Origin: Mizuhopecten yessoensis
Lineage: Eukaryota
Assembly: GCF_002113885.1 (NCBI RefSeq)
Contig: NW_018405987.1
Coordinates: 126,756-190,755, forward strand
Reading direction: 5' to 3'
Length of the DNA stretch: 64,000 nucleotides
The notes under the pieces: generated by a model
The model's database searches: none
Told to the model about the DNA's origin: nothing
What the model saw: the letters and a program-made list of their open reading frames with translations, nothing else
Part shown: positions 38,123-50,424 of the stretch, one piece after another
Layout: each line of letters starts with the position of its first letter
Numbering within the stretch: the stretch's first letter is position 1
Position numbers and translations under genes: made by a program

Positions 38123-40592
38123 CAAAAAACAATTAACACAGCATATAGTATACGAAATTTACCAAAACACACACAAAACATTTCAACATTGTTACAGTTT
38201 GAAAAAAATGTAATATTACATACATTTTATAAATATTTAATCATCCAAAAACATTGATGAGACTTGAAAGTTATAAGAACTCTTACTTACCGAAAACTTT
38301 TATGAAAAAAACCCAGAAAAAAGATCCCTTAAAATAAACCTATGAAATTCGATATCATATCAGCATGAATTAAACATTTACAAATCTCAAACAACAGCAC
38401 AAAAATAAGCAAATTAGTATCAACTCTCCATAAGTATATGCAAGTTAAATTATGGAGTAAAACCTTATTAGGAAATCGCAGGTTAAACTGTTTACTGACT
38501 AGGTACTGATGTAATTGTAATGTTCGTAGTTAAATATTAGTGTTGAACGCGACATTTATCTTGGAAAGTAATTTAATATCCATTGTTCAAACACGCATTA
38601 ATGCCTTTGTACAATCAACGAATCAGATTTGTTATCAGTTACAAAACAATTGCAGGGCATAAAATAAATTCCCTTTAATCATCATTGCTCTAATTATTTT
38701 CCTATTAAACACGCAGTTACATGTAACTCGATTGTTATCATAACAGATAAATCAAAATCAATTTAACAAAAAAAACACTGAATATCATCTAAACTTTAAA
38801 TAAACAAGTACAATACATCGCCGATTAGGGAAATAAATATTTTATTCATAAGACTATGTAGTACCGTATAAAAAGGTGTCTTAACAAAGAGTGTTGTATA
38901 GATTGTTATAAAATATTTGAAAATAAAAATGTCCGGTGATTAAAATTCACTATAATCAAAATGTATTTCAGAGTTAAAACTTATTAGGCTAATGAACAAT
39001 GACCAGAACTAAGAACTAGATACATAGATATTAAATTACAAATTACAAATTTAAATAATCATCAAAATACTAAAAAAAATATAACAAACCTAGACAACCA
39101 TCAGGGCAATAAATTGACACCTATTAAATAATAAGCTGGCATTAAATGAACAACTGGCAAACGGCTTTCATAAGTATGACCTTTTATTTTAAATACATAA
39201 AATCAAGACAGTCACGCGAGGACTTTTTTTTTACAGAACTCTACAATTATCAAAATATTCAATTAATAATAACAATCCCTAACAAAATAAATAAATATTA
39301 ATATAAAAACCATCTACAGTTGGTTGGCCTTTGAATATAACATCGATAAAACTAACCCCCTCGACAAGATAGCAATTTTCAAAATTAAAACGTGCCATGA
39401 CCTTTGGATACTGCTACAAGCACTGTCTTCATAGGCGTTAATGTCAAAAGGACTGGATTCTTACATTGGATATATAATTAATTCCCAATTAATAGACGTA
39501 AACTAAAAAAAGGGAGGTAAATTATGACAAATTACTTTTTTCATGATATATGCATTGTGAAATCCATGATTATATTTTAAATTGGATCAAGTTCAAGTTG
39601 TTCATTAAGCCCTGAGCATGGACCTCATCAGCAAATCAATTATGATATTATAATATGTCATGACATATAATATACTGTACAGAGAGATTGCAATACACGA
39701 ACCATTAAAATAAATTTTAGAAGCGTTTAAATAACCGTATATTTTATTACTAGATTAAAAAATAACGATCTCGTCACCAAATGTTAATCGATGAGAGATG
39801 AGATCGTTTTAGATGAAAAAAGTATAATTACAGTCAAAATATCTAAATTGTGTCTGAGCCCTTCCCCTGTGGTTTCGACTTCACGAATTCGAACTTTGTA
39901 ATCAAAACAAATGATATGCTATCTTTGTTGTGAAGCGATAATTTGTTGTTTAGATGAAATCATTTATAAAACACAGTATACACATTGGGAAAGATAATCA
40001 TCCAGAAAAAGAGTTTAAGTACAACAACATTTAGTTGTCCGTGACGGAGTAAAATCTGTCATTTCATTACCAATACCTAACCTGTAACAGCAATAATGAG
40101 TAACACTGAACATACACAGATAACCAATGTCCCTCTATCACCACTTATATGTTTGAGTGATTTAATTTCCCCGCTTTTAAGTTCACATTTGACATGTTGC
40201 CTTCCTGACACAGGTACATGTATCAGGAAGGTTTCATTGAGAAATGATGATTGCCAACCCCGAAGTATGAGCCCATCACCCCTCAAATATTTTAGAACAT
40301 TTCTACTTACTCAGTTGGATGACAACAGAGTGTAGGATTAAGCACAGGGAAGTTTTCGTTTACATTTCTATCTTAAAAAACAACAATTATAAAACGTAAT
40401 GAGGAAATCAATGTGCGTGTTATATTAATTATATTTGGACAATATATTGGCTTGAGCATTCAGAATGAATTTCACCTGATATTACCTAATTCTGGTTCCA
40501 TTGCACGTACTAAAATTCCACAAAGCAGGTTAACCGGCATATCCCATTATATCGGTATATATGGAAACACTAGGGGCATCTCTTTTTTTAAA

Positions 40593-41162
40593 TTTTAGAC
40601 CAGACTGTTTCCCTCTCCTAATTGTCTCGTCCTATCAATTGAGACCAGCCAATCCCTCTTTCCTTATTGTATAGCCCTTTTATTTTAGACCAGCCCATCT
40701 CTCTCCTAATTGTCTATCCCTATTAATTTAGACTACCCAACCCTCTCTCCTAATTGTCTAGTCCTATTAATTTAGACCAGCCTTTCCCCCGTCTCCTTAT
40801 TGCCTAGCCCTATCAATTTAGACCAGTCCATCCCTCTTTCCTTATTGTCTAGCCCTATCAATTGAGACCAGTCAATCCCTTCTCCTTATTGTCTAGCCCT
40901 ATCAATTTAGACCAGCCTTTCCCCCGTCTCCTTATTGCCTAGCCCTATCAATTTAGACCAGCCTTTCCCCCTCTCCTTATTGTCTAGCCCTATCAATTGA
41001 GACCAGTCAATCCCTTCTTCTTATTGTCTAGTCCTATTAATTTTGACCAGCCCATCCCCTCTCCTTATTGTCTAGCCCTATCAATTGAGACCAGTCCATC
41101 CCTCTTTCCTTATTGTAAAGCCCTATTAATTGACACCAGCCTTTCCCCCTTCCCTTATTTTA
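40593..41162. repeat. ~45-bp pyrimidine-rich minisatellite, about 12 copies
   Basis: TTTAGACCAGCCTTTCCCCCTCTCCTTATTGTCTAGCCCTATCAA and variants. Confidence 0.92.
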
Positions 41163-42279
41163 CAGTCCCGTGAATACCGGCTGAAAGTAGGGCATCACTA
41201 TTTAGACAAACTTGTTTCCCTCTCCGTAATGTAAAACAAATCATAACGAGTTTATTCTATATGCTTTGCCACACAGAATACTGTAGAGCGTATTTCGCCA
41301 AGTCAATACAGCGCACCATTGTAACAAAACATAATTTCTAATGAAATAAACATGGATAATATTCTTTCTCTTAGAAATAGAAAAAAATACATTCTTAGAA
41401 CACATTATCGGATTTCTTTATATACGTTTCTTCCTTGGTAAATCCAATAAAAAACCAAAATGAAATATTTTCAATCTGGTTCACTGGTACATGTAAATAT
41501 GCCTGTGTGAAATAACGATATACTGACAAACTATAGTTTGTTATTTACTATTGCATTAAACTCAAGTGATAAAGGCAACATAAAGCCGTACTGGAATATT
41601 TGCGTTTTCACAATAGGACAAAAACACATCTTTATATTGTAAAATAATGTTTCTGATTTATATTTGTTCTATTTATAGTATTAAGTACATGTACCTTAAT
41701 ACATTTCACTAGCACTTGCGCACTTTTATGGTCACCCACTAATATTGATTATAATATAACACTTCCTGGTGTCTCTAAGAATTCAAAGAATTCTAACATG
41801 ACGAATTCGGTACATGAACCTCGCTCGTAACATATAAAAAAGTGTTTTTAAATGTGCATAGAAACGCAGAGTAATGGGAAAGGTGCCTTACTACGTCAGT
41901 AATGTTACAAATATATAACAGATTTTAAATTCCAGCCACAGCCAGGGTACATTTGTACATGTAACGGCCAATGACGGCGACTGATAGTCCGCCAGCAGTA
42001 TGAACCACCTGGTAACGTCAACTATCAAACATTTAGTATGTCAGTTGGGAAAGCCATACAAAGGGAACAAATCACAAAAATAACGCTCTTCATCAAACAA
42101 ACTTTGAACAGGAAAATCATGCTTAGTGTATCATAACTAGTACAATGACTTATACTGTATACTTTACAGATATATGTTATGTAACAGACTACGGGTTACC
42201 TGAGGTACATACTGTACTTACCCGTTACTTACACAAACACATTCAATACTAACATATGTTCGTTACCCGGGATAACTGA

Positions 42280-42712
42280 ACACACATACACACGCTCACA
42301 CACATACACACCCTCACACACCCTCACACTCATACACACCCTCACACTCACTCACACTCATACACACCCTCACACACATACACACTCATACACACCCTCA
42401 CACCCTCACACTCATACACACCCTCACACTCACTCACACTCATACACACCCTCACACACGCTTACACACATACACAGCCTCACACNNNNNNNNNNNNNNN
42501 NNNNNNNNNNNNNNNNNNNNNNNNNNNNNNNNNNNNNNNNNNNNNNNNNNNNNNNNNNNNNNNNNNNNNNNNNNNNNNNNNNNNNNNNNNNNNNNNNNNN
42601 NNNNNNNNNNNNNNNNNNNNNNNNNNNNACACCCTCACACACACTCACACTCATACACACCCTCACATACATACACACACATACACAACCTCACACACCC
42701 TCACACACATAC
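42280..42712. repeat. Compound CA-rich microsatellite spanning an assembly gap
   Basis: CACACCCT / CACACTCATA units; run of N at 42486-42627. Confidence 0.95.
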
Positions 42713-44809
42713 AGAAAGGCATACTACGAAATGCGTGTTGTTGTATTGTTGTGATGCGTGATGATATCCAATCACGGTGTGTAACTGGTAATGCGTCGTT
42801 TTGATGTAAGATGTATTCATTCTTCACTCTTTGAAAACCATTTCATGTATTATCGAACGCTATTGTTGATTAAAAGTATCATGATTAATGCTTACATATG
42901 CCTTTCAGAGGCTTATAACACTAAAACTATGGCAAAGAAATCGGACAGTCACAAAAAAGTTGACTTCCGGTTTTATATACCACAGACTTAATTATGTTAC
43001 TTGATAGACTTTTGATATAATGTATGGTCGTGCGTCCTAAGAGAGAATTATTTGGTATTTATTAAATGCGTTACAGAATCTGTTGATAATCACGTAGCCA
43101 TCAATAGGTACAGGTCGCTCGATTCCAGCGCGTGTTCATTGTGTCTAGAAAAGAAACGGCAGACCAGAAATCGATACTTTCGAACTCGGTCTACATTACG
43201 GCAGTCTATATCTATCTGGGCCAGACGGTTGTCTCGGCATCACCTGACAGCGAAAGTGGACAAGTGGTCTGGGGTGGATGGACAATGTCATCAAAATGCT
43301 TTAAATAATGTCATAACTAAGGTTAAGGTTGATCAATTAAGCACCATAGTGACCCAGAAAAAGTGTCTGATACTTACTGCGCAATACGGCCATATGTCTC
43401 CACAACAGTATATATATACACCGTATAGATATGGGCTAACCTTTAAACTGTAACTCTCGTTATGTCAATACATGGATTTTTTTCCTTTTGAATTTATCAT
43501 AAATGCTTATATACATTTCTATAATACAAGGAACAAATGCATCGATAATTCTAAACTAGCAATTTCGACACAAAAACCTTGGAATTTCATGCATGATAAT
43601 TATTCCGTGATTCGGTCAATAATTGGAAAATGTTTTATGATTGTTACTAGTGACGTCATTAGTTGACATAGTGACATACTCGGGTTGACAGATTAGCATA
43701 ATCGATGTTTGTGTCTGCAGGACTGAACACTGACGACCTGTCTGTCCCGAGTCTCAAATTTCCGGCAGTGGATTTCAAAGGCACTGACTACACGGCAGGA
43801 AGCATTAGGATACGTAAGACAATAGCCTGATAATGAAGGATAATCAGTACACCTATCTGTATGAGTTATTGTCTGTCTACACCTGTACGCTATCTCACGA
43901 CACCCAGGAACGCCAACATCATGATGGATCCATAACAAACACGCTAGGAAAATTATTCCTATTGCAAAACCTTAAAATGTCAACAGGTGTCCTTGAGGAA
44001 TTAACAAAATCAACGTTCCTTTAAAAACATAAATACATTTAAAAGCAACATGCAACTTTTGTTTTAGACAGCCGTAGATCAACCAGATACCTTTAATGTC
44101 ATAGCGATAATTAAAGTTATGGACTCAAGCGACCCATCAATTGCTAAATTAATTATCACATCATGAGATGATATGAAGGAAACACGCAACAAAACGGAGT
44201 TTTTTACATACAATAATTACAAAAAATAGCACGTACAATGTAATGCTTTTCAACTGAAATGACCTGTTACAATGTTCCATGCATTAGATAATAAAATCAC
44301 AAACAAAATATAGCAAATTATTTATAATATAAAAGCGCAAAATATCAATATCAAAGTATGTAGTTTCTGAGGTTCATCTCGAAAATGCTTTTCTCAGGAC
44401 GTGGAATTATAGAATTCAATTCACCAGTCCTTTATCACGGATATATTCATCAGAAGAACGTTCTGAATAATAAAGTTTTATTTCTTGACCATGAATAAAT
44501 GCTATATACCGGATGAAACACACAAATATTTTAATCAATTGATTATATCAACCTCATTTTCGATATAAGTTGATATTTTATTGTCAAAATATCTGACACA
44601 TTGAAATGATGCTTTGAACCATCAATATTCTATATCATGTGAGCAAAAGGATTTCCTGAAAATATACTTTATCTGAGATACATCGCCCTAAAAGTGACTT
44701 CTACAAGAGGATCGGTGTCACAGTTCGTCTATAACGAAAATGAATCAAGTGTACAATTTGGAAAATCACGATACACAAACGTCCCAAGATTGTGGATTAT
44801 TCAATTTCA

Positions 44810-47308
44810 GGACAAAGTAGAAAATATAGGTGTCAACATACAGGACCAAAATATACCAAAGCGACAAACAAGAACAAAATATACCAGAGCGTCATCATAC
44901 ATGGACAAAATATTGCATAGTGTCATCACAAGGATGAAATATATCAGAACGTCATCATACAAGGACAAAATATAGCATAGTGTCATCACAAGGACGAAAT
45001 ATAACTTTTTGTCAACACAAAGGAAGAAAGTATAGCATAGCGTCATCACAAGGACGAAATATAACTTTTTGTCAACACAAAGGGAGAAAATATAGCAAAG
45101 AGTCATCACAAGGACGAAATATAACTTTTTGTTAACACAAAAGGAGAAAATATAGCACAGTGTCATCACAAGGACGAAATATAACTTTTTATCAACACAA
45201 AGGGAGAAAATATAGCATAGTGTAATCACAAGGACGAAATATAACTTTTTGTCAACGCAAAGGGAGAAAGTATAGCAAAGTGTCATCACAAGGACGAAAT
45301 TTAACTTTTTGTCAACACAAAGGGAGAAAATACAGCATAGTGTCATCACAAGGACGAAATATAACTTTTCGTCAACACAAAGGGAGAAAATATAGCATAG
45401 TGTAATCACAAGGACGAAATATAACTTTTTGTCAATACAAAGGGAGAAAATATAGCATAGTGTCATCACAAGGGCGAAATATAACTTTTTGTCAACACAA
45501 AGGGAGAAAGTATAGCAAAGTGTCATCACAAGGACGAAATTTAACTTTTTGTCAACACAAAGGGAGAAAATACAGCATAGTGTCATCACAAGGACGAAAT
45601 ATAACTTTTCGTCAACACAAAGGGAGAAAATATAGCATAGTGCCATCACAAGGACGAAATATAACTTTTTGTCAAAACAATGGGAGAAAATATAGCATAG
45701 TGTCATCACAAGGACAAAATATAACTTTTTGTCAACACAAAGGGAGAAAATGTAGCATAGTGTCATCACAAGGACGAAATATACCTTTTTGTCAACACAA
45801 AGGGAGAAAATATAGCAAAGTGTCATCACAAGGACGAAATATAACTTTTTATCAACACAAAGGGAGAAAATATAGCATAGTGTAATCACAAGGACGAAAT
45901 ATAACTTTTTGTCAATACAAAGGGAGAAAATATAGCATAGTGTCATCACTAGGACGAAATATAACTTTTTGTCAACACAAAGGTAGAAAATATAGCATAG
46001 TGTCATCACAAGGACAAAATATAACTTTTTGTCAACACAAAGGGAGAAAATGTAGCATAGTGTCATCACAAGGACGAAATATAACTTTTTATCAACACAA
46101 AGGGAGAAAATATAGCATAGTGTAATCACAAGGACGAAATATAACTTTTTGTTAACACAAAAGGAGAAAATATAGCACAGTGTCATCACAAGGACGAAAT
46201 ATAACTTTTTGCCAACACAAAGGGAGAAAATATAGCATAGTGTTATCACAAGGTCGAAATATAACTTTTTGTCAACACAAAGGGAGAAAATGTAGCATAG
46301 TGTCATCACAAGGACGAAATATACCTTTTTGTCAACACAAAGGGAGAAAATATAGCAAAGTGTCATCACAAGGACGAAATATAACTTTTTGCCAACACAA
46401 AGGAAGAAAGTATAGCATAGCGTCATCACGAGGACGAAATATAACTTTTTGTCAACACAAAGGTAGAAAATATAGCATAGTGTCATCACAAGGACAAAAT
46501 ATAACTTTTTGTCAACACAAAGGGAGAAAATATACCATAGTGTCATCACAAGGACGAAATATAACTTTTTGCCAACACAAAGGAAGAAAGTATAGCATAG
46601 CGTCATCACGAGGACGAAATATAACTTTTTGTCAACACAAAGGAAGAAAGCATAGCATAGCGTCATCACAAGGACGAAATATAACTTTATGTCAACACAA
46701 AAGGAGAAAATATAGCACAATGTCATCACAAGGACGAAATATAATTTTTTGTCAACACAAAAGGAGAAAATATAGCACAGTGTCATCACAAGGACGAAAT
46801 ATAACTTTTCGTCAACACAAAGGGAGAAAATATAGCATAGTCTCATCACAAGGACGAAATATAACTTTTTGTCAATACAAAGGGAGAAAATATAGCATAG
46901 TGTCATCACAAGGACAAAATATAACTTTTTGTCAACACAAAGGGAGAAAATATACCATAGTGTCATCACAAGGACGAAATATAACTTTTCGTCAACACAA
47001 AGGGAGAAAATATAGCATAGTCTCATCACAAGGACGAAATATAACTTTTTGTCAACTCAAAGGAAGAAAGTATAGCATAGCGTCATCACGAGGACGAAAT
47101 ATAACTTTTTGTCAACACAAAGGTAGAAAATATAGCATAGTGTCATCACAAGGACAAAATATAACTTTTTGTCAACACAAAGGGAGAAAATCTAGCATAG
47201 TGTCATCACAAGGACGAAATATAATTTTTTGTCAACACAAAAGGAGAAAATATAGCACAGTGTCATCACAAGGACGAAATATAACTTTTTGTCAACACAA
47301 AAGGAGAA
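44810..47308. repeat. 60-bp satellite (dimer of 29+31-bp subunits), about 39 copies plus a degenerate monomeric left flank
   Basis: AGGACGAAATATAACTTTTTGTCAACACAA-AGGGAGAAAATATAGCATAGTGTCATCACA stays in register with the 60-nt lines from 44961 to 47308. Explains the 740-aa and 399-aa ORFs. Confidence 0.97.
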
Positions 47309-48084
47309 CCAGGAGCATATCAATCGACTTCATGTACTGGGAGCAGCGAGACACCAAAACAAAACGACAGACAATATGAGCTGCCACGAAAACTTGAACT
47401 GATCAGCTGGCTTCTAAGTAAAGCTTGCTTCAGAGGCTGCCAACCCCTTTAATTCAGACCTCGATGTAGTTGGTGATGGGTTCCTTCTAATTTCTTCTGT
47501 GTTGAAATTATTCCGTTAGATTGGTATGTTTTTGACAGAATAAGATTTCAAAGATGTTGTGTACTGTAACATTTTGAAGGAGACATATGCTTCATTTTAC
47601 TGAAATGAAATAAAGAACCTTTAGAGAGGGAATATCCAAAATGATAAAAGGTAAACATTGTTTTCTAAACGTGTTAAATTTCCCTGATACCTAAGCTTTC
47701 CTGACCAGAGTTTGTTCTCTTTCATTTATCAATTTACTCATAAGCTTGGTTTCAGCTTGTAAGGCATGTAAGGCGCTTTTTTGTTTGTTTCTACAATGTA
47801 ACTACCATTGTCCATAGCTGGCATTACATGTTCTGAGATTTAAAAAGATCAGTGTCTAGTGAGTTTACATTACATATATTACATTATCAATGAGCATGAT
47901 GGCCACGTTAGCTACCCGCCTTGCAATCTTTTCCGATGAGTACAGAGACAGAAAAATAGTCTGACATTGTCCGAGTTCGGTTTGAATGTTATATATGACA
48001 AAATCAAGAAAATTTCAAAATGTCTATAAAACCATACATCGAACTCCAAATCGATAAAACAAGTGCAAAAATATCAACAAACGA

Positions 48085-48175
48085 AATATTTACAGGCAGT
48101 CCCTTGAAAAAAGTAAGACCAGATGTTTCGGAGGGGTAAGCGTCTTCTGTTTCATTGACGACACACACCGTGTAA
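48085..48175 (-). mobile_element. Nin-domain SINE-like fragment
   Basis: The minus strand reads CACGGTGTGTGTCGTCAATGAAACAGAAGACGCTTACCCCTCCGAAACATCTGGTC, matching the layout of the molluscan Nin SINE core as I recall it. Confidence 0.65.
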
Positions 48176-48838
48176 ATTTAGGTCAAATCCAAGTGATATC
48201 AGCTTTTCACACCGATAACCCAGGTAGTGATAACAAAAACACTAGGCACACAAATGAGCATCATCAAGGACATAGTGAATTTCTTATAAAAAACATCAGA
48301 CATCCATTAGCATGGAGACAACTCAAAATGGCGGTTCGTGTATGGCAGTATTTGTCTAGTGAGAACGAAGATTAATTTCCCAATGATATTGTATTATCAC
48401 GTGAGTTAAATGATGTTATCCTGTGATACTTTCGGTCAGTAGAAAATGCAATATAACGAGTTAGATACAAACCGGTAACCAAACGTGAGTGTACGGGGAA
48501 GAGTAGATTAGAATTAAGAACAAACGCGTGTGTACGAGGAAGGTAGATTAGAAGTCAGCACAACGCCATCTGATGTTGTTTCACATCATACTGAAAGCCT
48601 AAGTTCAAACCATATTTTGTTCAAATATTTACATCCATCCATACATATTTGTCTATATTAATGAAGAAAAAATTGAAAGAAAAAGAACATTAAGGTGCCC
48701 ACTAAGAAGCACCTGGGTGTTTTTTGTATTAACGAAGTTGTCATTTCTTTCTGTGTTGTTTTATCCTGAATAACGACTTGAACTTTTCTTGTGATGATGC
48801 TATGTGCTACCTGGTATATTTTGTCTAATTAACTTTGC

Positions 48839-48908
48839 TTGACACTGTAACCTTGACACTGTAACCTTGGCACTGTAACCTTGACACTGTAACCTTGACT
48901 CTGTAACA
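48839..48908. repeat. 14-bp tandem repeat, 5 copies
   Basis: (TTGACACTGTAACC)n. Confidence 0.9.
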
Positions 48909-50424
48909 TAGCTCCTTCTAAGGGTACGTTTACATCAATCCTATAAATGACTCAATCTCCTACAGCTTAGTGATTTTAACGAGTTTGTTTGTATTTGTCA
49001 TGGTAACGGTTCGACATGAAAACAAAGAGCCTGACTTTATCGATATCTACTTAGCAAATAATTGATGTCTACTCATAAAAGAGAAAATAGACGAGCAAAA
49101 TGGTACGATGCAGAATGATTGTAAAAGAAAAAAATATATAATAAAGACATACTTTAAAAATATACACAGAGACATGTGATACTGTCGACATTTTTCAAAC
49201 GAGTCTCTGTGACATGTGCTATTTAGGTGTATATGAATGGCGTCTAGACAAGTAAAAGTAATATATAGAGCGCGAGGCATTTACAGTGTCATGACATCAA
49301 TCGTTGGTAGTACAATATGTACAATTAATAATTAATTTGATGCATGTCAGATGAAAATAGGAACTAAGATATTTTACGATTTATGTACATACATATTTCA
49401 AAAAGAAGAAAATTAGTAACCTGCGTGGTTAATACATCAAAGGTAATTTGACCGGTACATTTGATCCGTTTCATTTAACGACTAACAACAAAGATAGAAA
49501 AGCCGCTATGACAGATTACACAGAGATCAAAAGGCGGGGGAATTTGGGGAAATAACCCATTTCCTTTTATTTATATTTTACTCGTCATTATACGGTTTAA
49601 AGTCTATATTTATCCAAATCGCCTGATTTTGAAACTTTGCCGTATCTGTCCTGGTAACGGTACCAGTTGTAGCACTGGTCATTGTCAGGCCGAGGTGGTA
49701 TCATAACTATACGAGAAAAAAGGTTGATGTGCATGCAGAGTATTAAGAAGCTGACTATGCATTTAATAAACTTCAAAATGAAGATTATTCAGCTCTCTCA
49801 TATTAGATACTTTATTAGCTTTTCACATGCCTGAGGCAGAAATGGCTTGTTTTGGTGTATATGGAACACCATGCCTTCTCTATAGAGACAATAACAATAG
49901 TTTGGGAACACTTTATTCCCTCCACTTGCAGGAGAGCACGACATGCTAACAATCAAGCTAGAACATTTAGGGAATCATTTTAAACAGCAAGTCGGACTAT
50001 TAAAATACCCCTAGGTTACGGCAGTGGATTTGCTACAGTGGAATGCTCACAAAAACAGGAGTCCAATTTAATAGTGACATTGTTTTAAATCAACTTGGTT
50101 TAAACTAAAACGCAGAGTTACTGTAAAACATCGGGCAATATTAGTGCAAAATCCAAAACCACGTAACATTGTCCGCTCCTTGTACACCCAGTGACGTCTC
50201 ATCACCCAAGAGTCGGACGGAGTCCGAACCTAGAGACAAACAATAGTATTACATTGGTCGGCTGTTTCACTCGCTCTATCTACCATAAAACATGCTCTAT
50301 GATGAAAAGGAGATAGGTTTGTGTCGTCTTCGTAATGTAATCACTCAACTCAGTAAGTTGGCAAAGTCGAGTCAGGCCAACAAGTCGGTGTCGTCAATGA
50401 AGCACCGTGTTCTTACAAGCTGCA

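Noticed and set aside
42486-42627. Run of N (also isolated N at 1164, 15596-15598 and 18782)
   Set aside because: Assembly gap or ambiguity, not biology.
44807-47379. 740-aa minus-strand and 399-aa plus-strand ORFs with 20-aa periodicity
   Set aside because: They arise from the 60-bp satellite. There is no unique domain or credible splice structure, and the + frame is broken by TAA variants.
50170-50290. tRNA-like or SINE end (GGAGTCCGAACCTAGAGAC…CGCTCTATCTAC)
   Set aside because: Too degenerate to delimit or classify by eye.
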